Below are positions 9,641 to 18,736 of a DNA stretch of 64,000 nucleotides, piece after piece. The translations under genes were made by a program, and so were the position numbers. Every line of letters begins with the position of its first letter. Within the stretch, counting starts at the first letter, position 1. The DNA is from a virus. Location: the IMG/VR virus record IMGVR_UViG_3300036772_000294, positions 1-64,000 of that record; one strand, 5' to 3'. The notes below the pieces were generated by a model. It was given only the letters and a program-made list of their open reading frames with translations. It had not been told where the DNA came from and searched no databases.

Positions 9641-10195
9641 TTAACCGCGGATTCGTGCCATACCGATTGCGACACGGTTGCTTGCCATTTCCAGTTCCAT
9701 CTGTTTTTTACGTTCAAATAACAATGCTTCATCGGGTACGCCGACGGCATTAAGTTTGCTGTCGATGGCGATCAGCCGTAACAGGTCTGCGTTGGGAATA
9801 GAGATCAGGATCTCCAGATAGTCACCAATCATGCCTATGGCAGTTTCAGGGACTTCACCTTTTTCTAAATCCAGTTTTCGCAGGTTCTGCAGGTATGTCA
9901 TACGCAGTGGCCAGCGCTCTCTCCCTGATAGCGAAAGACGAATTTCTCCGTCAATCTGGCGTGCGCTAACGTACTCAGATACCTGGTCTTCAACGGATAT
10001 AAGCGTGGTCATATCCGCGGGGGCAGGGAGGCATGCGCCTCCCTCTTCTTGCAACTCTACGGTCATGCTCGAGCCCGCTTTGTCCTGATACATTCCCAGC
10101 GCACGGACCAGCATCTTTTTTAGCTTCTGCGGATCGTCGTAAAGCAAAGTCACAAAGCGTTCGCTAACGTCCTCAAGCAGTTCCGTAGGCGTCAT
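9641..10195 (-). CDS. pmgC: Head-tail adaptor PmgC-like
   Basis: Likely start MTPTELLEDV just after the bplB stop; RALGMYQDKAG; synteny. Confidence 0.6.
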   Translation of the reverse strand: MTPTELLEDVSERFVTLLYDDPQKLKKMLVRALGMYQDKAGSSMTVELQEEGGACLPAPADMTTLISVEDQVSEYVSARQIDGEIRLSLSGRERWPLRMTYLQNLRKLDLEKGEVPETAIGMIGDYLEILISIPNADLLRLIAIDSKLNAVGVPDEALLFERKKQMELEMASNRVAIGMARIRG

Positions 10196-10199
10196 CTCA

Positions 10200-10694
10200 T
10201 TAACTCCAGAAGTTATAGGTAATTCGGAGTGAGGGCTTAACGAGGACAGCGGTATCTTCCGTGGAGAAATCGACCTGATCGCACGCAATCATACAGTCGC
10301 TTAATTCGGTTTTATGTGCAGGTGGGGTAAGCCCGCTTAACGATTCCGGCGTGGCTTTGAGCGTGATGTCGATATATTTCCTCTCTTGCACGCATTTTAC
10401 GATCATGGCGCTCACCGCTCCTTGCAGTGTATCTACACACTGGAGCTGGATTTCGCCGTTGTTTTTTAGCGCACCGTACTGCGAGAACTTAAGCCCGCTG
10501 GGTCCGTTGTCTTCCACATTCTCGCGTGAACGCTCAGGAATCTGCATAGTACGAACCAACACGGTGAGCTCGGGATATCCTGCAAACGATACTTCGAACT
10601 CGTAACCCATCAGCTTCTCACCCGCAGCTTTGTTGCGGTTGTAGTTCTGCTTGAGCATCCCCATGTCGCCACGGGCGTTAAAGTGACCTGACAT
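10200..10694 (-). CDS. bplB: Tail tube protein BplB
   Basis: 164 aa; N-terminus (NKAAGEKLMGYEF) resembles P1 BplB; synteny. Confidence 0.75.
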   Translation of the reverse strand: MSGHFNARGDMGMLKQNYNRNKAAGEKLMGYEFEVSFAGYPELTVLVRTMQIPERSRENVEDNGPSGLKFSQYGALKNNGEIQLQCVDTLQGAVSAMIVKCVQERKYIDITLKATPESLSGLTPPAHKTELSDCMIACDQVDFSTEDTAVLVKPSLRITYNFWS

Positions 10695-10703
10695 AATGTG
10701 TCC

Positions 10704-11285
10704 TTATAAGAAAAGGTTAGGTATTTCGGACTTGTTACGCATTTCTTTAGCGGTTAGCTGCAGCGTAACGGTGTTGTGGGTGTAGTAGCCCATCGGCGTT
10801 TTAGGGGCGTCGAGCATGTACGAAACTTCCTGTATCAGGACGTCCGTAATTTTGAATCGCCGTCCGATATCAATAACGACTGATTCAGGCCTGCGGCCCA
10901 GCGGCGCAATGTCATTTAGCTCTGGTGACATCATTGCCCATAAGTGTTTTATTGCGTCGTCCACCTCAGCTTTTGCATCGTTGATAGCCTGAAAATACAG
11001 TGACAGGTTGATAGACGGCGGCGGTGAGCCTTGCCAAATCATTTCGCTGTTGAGCTTGCTTACTGAGGTCATTTCGGTTTTGGACTGCCCAACATTCGCG
11101 AGGGTGGACACCCCGGCAATCGAACCCAGGGAATCGCCTTCGAAAGGGCTATTCCACATCGCAGAGAGCTGTGCAGTCGCACCTTCTCCGATAAATCCGA
11201 TCACAGTGTTACCCTGCTTGTCGGTCACGTAAGCCTTCAGATACTGGCTCAGTGAGTCCTGAGCTATTGCGCCTACAATTGCCAT
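10704..11285 (-). CDS. pmgG: Tube initiator PmgG-like
   Basis: 193 aa, WNSPFEGDS motif, between gene 21 and bplB. Confidence 0.7.
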   Translation of the reverse strand: MAIVGAIAQDSLSQYLKAYVTDKQGNTVIGFIGEGATAQLSAMWNSPFEGDSLGSIAGVSTLANVGQSKTEMTSVSKLNSEMIWQGSPPPSINLSLYFQAINDAKAEVDDAIKHLWAMMSPELNDIAPLGRRPESVVIDIGRRFKITDVLIQEVSYMLDAPKTPMGYYTHNTVTLQLTAKEMRNKSEIPNLFL

Positions 11286-11331
11286 ATAACCTCAGAGCAA
11301 GCCCACCAGCGGGCGCTGGCGGGCAGGGATA

Positions 11332-12033
11332 TTACTTACCGAAACGACGGCGGCGGATTTTCATGGATTTAGCGCGGTGCAGCTTGGCCGCTGAAGTTTG
11401 GGCTTTGCGTCGGGCTTTTTTGAGTGCCTGACGTTGCGCTCCATTCATGCGTTTGGGACGAATGCGCTTTTTGATGAGCTTCACCTTGCCCCCGCGAACA
11501 ACCTTCTTCATCGCTTCAAACATGTTTTCGTCGGTTGCAACGGAGAATGTTGCGATCAACTCCGCTTCGCTGTCAGCTGATACGCCGGAAATGGCATTCA
11601 TCACGGTTGCAGCTGCGTCGTCGTCTTCATCGTTGATCATATCGGCAACGTCGTCTTCCTTGGCCCCCAGCGTCACACAAGCTTCAGCCATGATTTCCAG
11701 CGCATCGTTGTAGTCGTCTGCTTCATCATCTGTAAGATCCGGCGCGCCTTCCTCATCGCCTTCGTCTTCATCAAGTCCAGCCACGCCCCAGGCCAGAGAG
11801 TCGAATGAAGCAAAAGAGGCGTCACCACCGGCAGCCCATTCCAGAACAGCAGCTGCAGCACTTGAACGGAATGTTTGAATGGACGCCGTAGCTACGGCCT
11901 CCAGGATTAAGCTGTCATCGTCTTTGTCCGGGTCAGCCTCCTTTTTTTTGGATTCCAGCATCATCGGATCTTTCCTGGCTGTAACCAGCAGCGAAGGGGA
12001 AAGGAACACCCCATTATCGAATGCGTTTTTCAC
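11332..12033 (-). CDS. P1 gp21-like protein (acidic core, basic C-terminus)
   Basis: Probable GTG start at 12033 after AAGGA; acidic middle; KKVVRGGK...KSMKIRRR tail; synteny 23-22-21. Confidence 0.65.
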   Translation of the reverse strand: MKNAFDNGVFLSPSLLVTARKDPMMLESKKKEADPDKDDDSLILEAVATASIQTFRSSAAAAVLEWAAGGDASFASFDSLAWGVAGLDEDEGDEEGAPDLTDDEADDYNDALEIMAEACVTLGAKEDDVADMINDEDDDAAATVMNAISGVSADSEAELIATFSVATDENMFEAMKKVVRGGKVKLIKKRIRPKRMNGAQRQALKKARRKAQTSAAKLHRAKSMKIRRRRFGK

Positions 12034-12043
12034 AATAATTTCC

Positions 12044-13702
12044 TTAGCGAATAAGGGCAGGGCGACCGAAGAAGCGGCGAGCGGTGCCTGTGACACAAAC
12101 GGCCCAATCAACTTCCCAGAGGTCGATATCTTTTTGGATGATATTCAGTACGTAAGGCTCTGTACCGTCCTCGGCATTGCGTGGCGCGCGAAGCGCACCC
12201 GACGTCACAAATCGTTCAAGCAACGACGTCATGCCCTTTGTCATGCCTTCCAGCGTCAGGCCATCGGGTTGATGTTTCAGTGAGCGAGCCAACGCGTAAA
12301 ATTCACGGGTGATCGCGTCCATCGTCGACACAACGTGGGAGAAACGTAGGTAGTTTTCTCGTTTACAAGAGGTAAGTGAGTCATCGATTAGCATGCTGCC
12401 GCCGGTGCCGACGGCGACTTTGTTGATACGGGCTTTCACCATCGCGACGTAATCGGGATTATCGAGATTTGCTCGCGCAACAATGCCACGGCGGTCGATA
12501 ACGCCGCGCTCTTCACCCGCTGGGGAGTAATGCCAGCCTCCAACATCCGAGACTTTTGCAACACCCATTGCTTTAGCCCGGAATGCTGTACCTGAAAGGC
12601 CCCAGCTGATTCTCGCGCCGGTAGTCGGATCTTTAGCGAGGAACGGGAAGTGATACCAGCTCATACGGAAGTTATCGATATTCATGTCGGCCATGAATTC
12701 GATAGCGGCGCCATAGTTGAGGGTCGTTGGCACGTCAAAGTACCCGCTGATACGTCGGGAGTTACACACGTCACCCAGCAGCGCCAGCACGGTTGTGTCG
12801 TAGCAGCCCAGGCCGCACATGCCGTTATAGCCCAACATTGTGTGCTTCAGAACATCGACCGCTTTGTCATATGCAGCGGGGTCGATTTTATTCATATCGC
12901 CGTTGGTGCCACCGGTAAACGCAGTTTTTTGCAGTGCTTTAATGATGCTCGTACTTGCAACATCGCTATTACAAACGGCGCGCATGCACTTTGACGCGGT
13001 TTCCAGAATGGTTTCAATGAACGCAGACTGGCCCATATCGTCTTTGGCGAGCGGATCGAGTGAGACAATGTGGCTTTCAAGCGCGGTATCAAAACCGAGC
13101 TCATCTGTTTCAGTCAGCTGTAGCGTGAAGCGATTATCACCGTATGTATCGGCATCTGCCGTAATCATCTCGATACTGCGATTTGTAGAAGGATCGCCGT
13201 CGTAAATAAAGAACTTCAGCAACTCACCCTCCGCCAGCACCGGATCGGCACCGTATGGCGCACCAGCGCATGTGACTTCGATTGGCAAAGGTTCTTCAGC
13301 TGCTAAAGGCACAGCTTTAGTTCCTGCGTCACCTTCTGCGGCGACGACTTTAGATTGCTTGAGTTTCTGTTGCTGAGCCGCGGGCTTTACGGTAATTACC
13401 GGAAATAGTGCGTCCTTACCCAAAACCCGAACGACATAACCATCACCACCGGCGACCGCTTCTGCAACGTGCCGCATTGGCTCCGCGCAGCTACCCATGC
13501 TTGGGTGCATCTCACGCCCCAGCACAGAGCGATAAGTGTTTTTCGTAACGAAGATTGGTTCGAAAGGTCGACCCTTCGAACACAGCACAACACCGGCAAA
13601 AACCGAAGCGCCGCCGGACGTGCCAACTGAGATCGTGGCATCAGCATTTATTTCCGCTGCGGCGACCTCGGAAACTGTACTTGTGGCAAATGGGATTTCC
13701 AT
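12044..13702 (-). CDS. Tail sheath protein (gp22-like)
   Basis: 552 aa; FTGGTNG, SPAGEERG and RENYLRF sheath motifs. Confidence 0.85.
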   Translation of the reverse strand: MEIPFATSTVSEVAAAEINADATISVGTSGGASVFAGVVLCSKGRPFEPIFVTKNTYRSVLGREMHPSMGSCAEPMRHVAEAVAGGDGYVVRVLGKDALFPVITVKPAAQQQKLKQSKVVAAEGDAGTKAVPLAAEEPLPIEVTCAGAPYGADPVLAEGELLKFFIYDGDPSTNRSIEMITADADTYGDNRFTLQLTETDELGFDTALESHIVSLDPLAKDDMGQSAFIETILETASKCMRAVCNSDVASTSIIKALQKTAFTGGTNGDMNKIDPAAYDKAVDVLKHTMLGYNGMCGLGCYDTTVLALLGDVCNSRRISGYFDVPTTLNYGAAIEFMADMNIDNFRMSWYHFPFLAKDPTTGARISWGLSGTAFRAKAMGVAKVSDVGGWHYSPAGEERGVIDRRGIVARANLDNPDYVAMVKARINKVAVGTGGSMLIDDSLTSCKRENYLRFSHVVSTMDAITREFYALARSLKHQPDGLTLEGMTKGMTSLLERFVTSGALRAPRNAEDGTEPYVLNIIQKDIDLWEVDWAVCVTGTARRFFGRPALIR

Positions 13703-13729
13703 TATGGCCCCTTAAAAATTGCTATCTGA

Positions 13730-13752
13730 AAATGCCCGCCAATGCGGGCATG
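13730..13752 (-). terminator. Intrinsic terminator/attenuator after the capsid gene
   Basis: ATGCCCGC-ATTG-GCGGGCAT followed by TTT on the minus strand. Confidence 0.6.
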
Positions 13753-13758
13753 GTCGCG

Positions 13759-15486
13759 TTACTCTTGTGGTTCTTCTGGTTCCACAGGCTTTTCTGGGGC
13801 GGTGTTTACCAGACCCGTGTTGTGATCGATGCCATCAATTTTGTCGTAGGTCACACGCAGCCACATGAAGTAGTCAGCGCCGTTGCGCGGATGAATGTCA
13901 TCGATGCCCAGGGACCATAGCGTTGAGCGGTTATTTAGCGCCGGAGTCGTGGGGTGGTTGAATGGAATCGGCGGAACGGCAGTGCCGGAAATGAATCCAG
14001 CCTGGGAAATGCTGTCGCCACGGCCATAACAAAGCATGTCCGAGTTTCCGAACTGGAGGTCATAACGAGAGAAGGCCTCACAAATCTTGTTCGGTACTTC
14101 GTAGAGCTTATAAATACCGAATAGCTTGCCGATGTAATGAATGTACGGCGTCTGGCGGTAGTTCGGCGCGGGTTCGAACATATCCGCACGAAGGGACTTC
14201 AGCTGCGTTGCTAGTTCCTGGCCGACAAACGCGCCGGTCATACCGACGGCGAGGGTTTTTTCCAGAATTGAACCGGACACCTGGGCGATCTTGGCCTTCA
14301 GCAAATACATCCAGTCGTTAAAGCTCTGCGTGCTTGGCTGAGCCAGATCGAAAAATGTTTCGTTGCGGCAGTGCCAGGCCATACGACCGATTCGCAGCAT
14401 ATCTACTTCGTGAGCCATCCAGTCACGCATAGCAGAGCCATTCAAATTACCCATATCAATACCGTATTCGCGACGCATGGCATACAGAGCCTGGATCGTA
14501 TGTTCTGCGGCAATAACGGACTGAGACGTGTACAACTTGAATGAGGTCATTTCATGGTTAATGACAGGAATGAACTCGGGCGCTTTTTCGACATCAATTT
14601 CAAAATCGATAGCCAGCTCAACACCAGCTGGTAGGACGGTATCGGCAGTAACAACGACTTTGGCCGCGACGTAATCTACTACGGCGTTGAACGTGGTTTT
14701 TGTTTGTTCGTGATAGGTCGTAATGCGTCCGTTTTTATCAACATCGGCCTTTTTACGATCGATAACGAGGAAAACGCGGCCAGGTTTAAACTGTACTTTG
14801 CCGCAGCGCGGTACAGCTGCGCCGTCAAACGTAAATACCTTTTTAGCACCATCAGGCTGTTCCCCTGCCGGGAAAACATAGTTGCGGCGCATCTGAGAAA
14901 AATTGCCAGTGGACTGCATCGTCAGGCGTTCGCCTGATTTGAAATCCCCGCTGTTTGAGCCTGCAACGTTGAAGATTTCGAAGATCTCCACCTCGTCACG
15001 TTCACACGGGACAAATGTGCAGGCGTCAGCCGTGGCGGCGCCCAGGGCGACGGGCAAAATCATCGCGGCAAACATCGCGCGTTGCTCTACGCCATCACTT
15101 TGAGAAAGTGACTGACCCAGGCCTTCCAGCATCATTCCTGAAGCTGTTTTACTGCCATTGCTCTTGCCGTCTGCACGCAGCAGTACGTTTTCAAGAGCCT
15201 GCGAGGCATTCGCCAGCAAACCGTCCGGCGGCATGGTGCTGTGAATGTTCACATAATTACGAATAGCACCACCCCACGCCGTAGCGATGGTGCTGGTGTC
15301 ATCAGTGCTGAGGCCTTCGAACATAGAAACTTCAGACGCGGCATTAATCAGTGATTCTGCGCGCAGGTCTGGATCTTTGATGAATTGCCCGCCTTCAAAC
15401 TGCGGATCAGAGGCAAAGCGGCGCACTTCGGCAGCACGTCGAGCAATGCCCTGTTGTTGTTCGTTGAATTTACTTAAGTCAGTCAC
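13759..15486 (-). CDS. Major capsid protein (gp23-like)
   Basis: 575 aa, first gene of the morphogenesis operon; MLE cleavage-type motif shared with gp21 and Pro; ILPVALGAATADACTF resembles P1 gp23. Confidence 0.85.
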   Translation of the reverse strand: MTDLSKFNEQQQGIARRAAEVRRFASDPQFEGGQFIKDPDLRAESLINAASEVSMFEGLSTDDTSTIATAWGGAIRNYVNIHSTMPPDGLLANASQALENVLLRADGKSNGSKTASGMMLEGLGQSLSQSDGVEQRAMFAAMILPVALGAATADACTFVPCERDEVEIFEIFNVAGSNSGDFKSGERLTMQSTGNFSQMRRNYVFPAGEQPDGAKKVFTFDGAAVPRCGKVQFKPGRVFLVIDRKKADVDKNGRITTYHEQTKTTFNAVVDYVAAKVVVTADTVLPAGVELAIDFEIDVEKAPEFIPVINHEMTSFKLYTSQSVIAAEHTIQALYAMRREYGIDMGNLNGSAMRDWMAHEVDMLRIGRMAWHCRNETFFDLAQPSTQSFNDWMYLLKAKIAQVSGSILEKTLAVGMTGAFVGQELATQLKSLRADMFEPAPNYRQTPYIHYIGKLFGIYKLYEVPNKICEAFSRYDLQFGNSDMLCYGRGDSISQAGFISGTAVPPIPFNHPTTPALNNRSTLWSLGIDDIHPRNGADYFMWLRVTYDKIDGIDHNTGLVNTAPEKPVEPEEPQE

Positions 15487-15718
15487 CTGGCGTTCCTTTT
15501 TTAGAATGCCGCGCAGTGCCTGTATTACTTTTCACAGCCGGATGATAGTTGAACTCTTCCTTGTGCATCCACAGTACTTGACAAGAAATCTCATGATGAC
15601 GAACAGGAGATTATCAAACCATATTATTACTTAATTACCTGATTTAAATAATTTATTTCTTCGTTGATGCATGAGCAATGGGGTAAGCTTAACTATTTAT
15701 TTTTGATATAAACTAAAG

Positions 15719-15728
15719 TTTAGGATAA
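15719..15728. promoter_or_regulatory. Operator-like motif TTATCCTAAA (copy 1)
   Basis: Exact reverse complement; intergenic, upstream of the 15813 ORF. Confidence 0.65.
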
Positions 15729-15812
15729 ATGTAGAAGCATCATTCACCTTCGCAAGGGTGCATGTTGAGATAGCTTTAGCCCTCATCAGGAAATCAGAAA
15801 AGGAGTATCGGC

Positions 15813-16067
15813 ATGAATGAGTTTCGCCAGATTAAGGAATGCTTGCGGGCAATGATGCCTGAGGTAAAGGCAGCATTTGATGCACCACTTAGCTCTGTTG
15901 AAAGTGCAAAAACGATTTCTAAATTTTTTAACATCGCCAACCCGGATGTGATTTTTCAACTGATTGTTGAATCAGATGAGCGAGACATTCTCGAAAAAGA
16001 AAATGCAAAACTTAAGGGGTCTGGCTTGCATCCAGTAACGACATTATCCGGGAACTCAAGTTACTAA
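15813..16067 (+). CDS. Hypothetical early protein
   Basis: Strong AAGGAG RBS, 84 aa. Confidence 0.6.
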   Translation: MNEFRQIKECLRAMMPEVKAAFDAPLSSVESAKTISKFFNIANPDVIFQLIVESDERDILEKENAKLKGSGLHPVTTLSGNSSY

Positions 16068-16295
16068 ATGATTAATCAAATCAAGCACTGCCCAGAGGGG
16101 AATACGCCATCATTGATTCATCGTCGTGCTGGAGGGCCAGACAGAAAGCAGTTTGTTTTGAAGTGCGAGTGCCAATGTTGTCGGGTCGCTGAGGTTTACT
16201 GGGATAGCCGCAGCGCTGAGCGCCAGGCAAAACATGACACGATAGAAAAATGGAACAGCGAGGTTGAACGTATTATTCTGGAGAGCAGGGAATAG
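16068..16295 (+). CDS. Small Cys-rich protein, Lar (restriction alleviation)-like
   Basis: IKHCP...CECQCC...IEKWN pattern; abuts the previous stop codon. Confidence 0.4.
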   Translation: MINQIKHCPEGNTPSLIHRRAGGPDRKQFVLKCECQCCRVAEVYWDSRSAERQAKHDTIEKWNSEVERIILESRE

Positions 16296-16373
16296 CTATC
16301 TGGGTCCGGCAAAGAGTGGATTTGCCCACAGAGTCGGCGTTAAAGCTCAGTGGGCACAGAAGTCGCGTATACA

Positions 16374-17093
16374 CTATTGGTTATTGATGGTTGTCTTAAC
16401 GCTTTCAGTCTTCTGGATAATGACCTCTTTGTTAAGGCTTGGCGCCGGACTTGATGTCAGGACGGAGATAAAATTTTTCCAGGCTGAACTTACAACGGTG
16501 CCTCTGTCGTCTGAAGACAAAAACTGAGCGGCTATACCGTAAATAACGATCGCAAATGCCAGTGCGGCAAACACTCCCTGAAATCCATTCAGGAACCAAC
16601 ATAAAGCACGATACCAGGCGTTAGCTTTTTTCTTCTCATTAGCGCCGGCAGCTCTGTAAAACTCTACAACGGCCTGAACTTTAGCAGCTTCAATTTCTTT
16701 TTTGTGTTGCGTTTCTCGCTCTTCGAGTCTCGCTGTTAACGATTGTATCTGCTCGTCTTTACTTTTTGTTTGAGAGATTTCCTCGCCAATTCGAGCCTCA
16801 ACCTCGCTGATTTGTTCTTCAAAGTTGGTATGAATAATTTCTTCCAGTTCTTCCATCAATTTTCGGATCATATCCTCGCCACGTGAGCGATACGAATTGA
16901 CCCTCATCGGGACATCGATGACCTGATCATGGAATTGCTGAACTTTGAAATTTATGTCATCAGTACTAAGCCCCTTCTCATGGAGCATTTCGGCATACTG
17001 GTTTTTTTCTAGTTTATAGAGAGCGTAGGCAAATAAGCCTGTATGGTCGTTCTCATCTTCCACTAATGCCGTAAAAACCCATTGCTTGGACAA
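16374..17093 (-). CDS. Hypothetical coiled-coil membrane protein (moron)
   Basis: GGGGGA RBS with TTG start; coiled coil plus C-terminal hydrophobic helix. Confidence 0.65.
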   Translation of the reverse strand: MSKQWVFTALVEDENDHTGLFAYALYKLEKNQYAEMLHEKGLSTDDINFKVQQFHDQVIDVPMRVNSYRSRGEDMIRKLMEELEEIIHTNFEEQISEVEARIGEEISQTKSKDEQIQSLTARLEERETQHKKEIEAAKVQAVVEFYRAAGANEKKKANAWYRALCWFLNGFQGVFAALAFAIVIYGIAAQFLSSDDRGTVVSSAWKNFISVLTSSPAPSLNKEVIIQKTESVKTTINNQ

Positions 17094-17153
17094 GCCATCC
17101 CCCTGATAGCAAAACGCCCCAATGAAGGGGCGTGGAAATTAAGATGATTCAGA

Positions 17154-17369
17154 CTACCGCGTAGACGATGTAACGGAAGCAAACACTCGACCCAGCAGGC
17201 TATTTACGTCACTGGAAGACATGCTCGCACTGGTAGAATTAGATTTGGCGGACGCAGGACGAGAAGTGTTGCGTTCAGCTGCAGGCGTTGTGCTGCGCTG
17301 TGCAATCTGGCGAACGATCTCGGTCTTACGTGATGCCGAAATAGTTTGTAAAACGATTTTTTTAGCCAT
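17154..17369 (-). CDS. Small Ser-rich hypothetical protein
   Basis: GGGAG RBS before MAKKIV; followed by a terminator-like hairpin at 17111-17133. Confidence 0.55.
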   Translation of the reverse strand: MAKKIVLQTISASRKTEIVRQIAQRSTTPAAERNTSRPASAKSNSTSASMSSSDVNSLLGRVFASVTSSTR

Positions 17370-17457
17370 GTTTAATCTCCCTCTCTGATCCATATAATAC
17401 CAGAAAAAGACCGATTAACAGGTCTTTTCAGCATGATCAACCCTCTTTTCCTGCTGT

Positions 17458-17504
17458 TCACTACATATAGGTGCCCTGGTTAAAACCGAGCCCATATATA
17501 GTAT
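17458..17504. promoter_or_regulatory. Tandem NrdR-box-like sites
   Basis: TCACTACATATAGGTG and AGCCCATATATAGTAT, 31 bp apart. Confidence 0.45.
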
Positions 17505-17546
17505 TTTAGATTCCCTGCTCATTTTTGATACGTCACAGAGGAAGGA

Positions 17547-17784
17547 TTAACGACAACCTTCACCCTTGGGTTGCGTATTGAAGGATTCCCAAAAACTCAT
17601 GAACTCTGCGGCTGGAAGAGCAGGGGAGTAGAAATAGCCCTGTAGAAATGAAACCCCCTTTTCCATGAGATATGACGCCTGAAAATCAGTCTCAACGCCC
17701 TCAGCAATTGTCGCCATCCCAAGTGTTTGGGCCATATCGATTACGCAATCGACCAGTCGTGTAGAGTCGGGATTGTTATTGATT
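17547..17784 (-). pseudogene. C-terminal remnant of an EAL c-di-GMP phosphodiesterase
   Basis: IAEGVET...FLQGYFYSPALP motif; N-terminal part missing. Confidence 0.8.
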
Positions 17785-17832
17785 CCTGCACACCTGCACA
17801 CCTGCACACCTGCACATTTGCACATCTGTAGA
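17785..17832. repeat. 8-bp tandem repeat (CCTGCACA)x4 plus 2 degenerate units
   Basis: Read directly from the sequence. Confidence 0.9.
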
Positions 17833-17839
17833 TATGTTT

Positions 17840-18352
17840 CTATTTCTCCACTGTACCCAGGCGCAGGCTGTCCACCTGCCTGATTGCCTGCTTATCAATA
17901 TTTTGTTCATGAATCAGGACAATCAACGGCTCAAGCCATTCAACTGCTTGCTGATAGGTTATGTCACTGGAGGCAAGGGGATAAGTACGGGTTGCGTCAG
18001 ATCCGCCGGAATGGGGGAGCATACCGGCATTGTACGTGGCAACGAGTGAGTGCAGGCGCTCAGCGTAAATACGAGGAACAGGTTTAGCAGCACAATCCTC
18101 AGTTTTGAAAACCGTACGGTTAATCGTTCGCCAGACCTGGGACTGGCCTGTCTCGTTTTGCTTTGCATTTTTTGCTTCCACTGAAATTGTATTGAGCCGT
18201 TGAAAAAGAGCTGATTGCAACGAAACTTTTGCTGTCAGGTTAAGGTTCTCTTTGTTCAGACTGATATTTTCCGCGCGTGTATCAATTGCCCAGTTAGCTG
18301 CGTAACACACCGCTATCGCTCCCCCCAGCATTAACATGATCTTCCATTTCAA
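17840..18352 (-). CDS. Rz-like i-spanin, extended by an Rz1-type C-terminus
   Basis: N-terminal TM helix, coiled coil, CAAKPVP motif; overlaps the endolysin stop. Confidence 0.75.
   Translation of the reverse strand: MKWKIMLMLGGAIAVCYAANWAIDTRAENISLNKENLNLTAKVSLQSALFQRLNTISVEAKNAKQNETGQSQVWRTINRTVFKTEDCAAKPVPRIYAERLHSLVATYNAGMLPHSGGSDATRTYPLASSDITYQQAVEWLEPLIVLIHEQNIDKQAIRQVDSLRLGTVEK
17959..18093 (-). pseudogene. Embedded Rz1-like o-spanin lipoprotein, truncated
   Basis: Lipobox LSAC, Pro-rich PIPADLTQPVLIPLPP, then a premature TAA. Confidence 0.65.
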
Positions 18353-18735
18353 GCTGGATAGTCCCTATGTGGGAGCTGAAAATGCGGCCCATCCTTCAGC
18401 GTTATCCAGTCCCCACCCCATTCAATCGGAATGTTCAGATCTTTGGCTGCCTGCTTAACGCTGTTAGCAATTTGCTTATAGTATTTCCATTCCCATGAGC
18501 CAGACGGTGTTGGAAAAGCGAAGACATCAACGGCATGGCCGGTAATGTGTCGGCTATTCATCGTCTGGCTTTTACCAGCGGCTAAAAGCTCCTTCTGCCT
18601 GGCGACCGTTCGCAGACCTTCGGTAATACCAAAGTCGATAGGGGAGAGCTCTAATGCGCGGCGAACAACTGTAACCAGTTGTGGATTGACGCCTTTGAGG
18701 TTTGTTTCGCTTCTTTGGCTGAATTTAAATGTCAT
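18349..18735 (-). CDS. Endolysin, M15 L-Ala-D-Glu peptidase (T5-type)
   Basis: EGLRT, SRHITGHAVD and WGGDW...DGPHFQL motifs. Confidence 0.9.
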   Translation of the reverse strand: MTFKFSQRSETNLKGVNPQLVTVVRRALELSPIDFGITEGLRTVARQKELLAAGKSQTMNSRHITGHAVDVFAFPTPSGSWEWKYYKQIANSVKQAAKDLNIPIEWGGDWITLKDGPHFQLPHRDYPA

Positions 18736-18736
18736 A

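Noticed and set aside
9641-13702. Tailocin, eCIS or T6SS
   Set aside because: Capsid, portal, protease and terminase genes are all present, so this is a phage tail.
17785-17832. CRISPR array or iterons
   Set aside because: Contiguous 8-mers with no spacers, no cas genes and no rep gene nearby.
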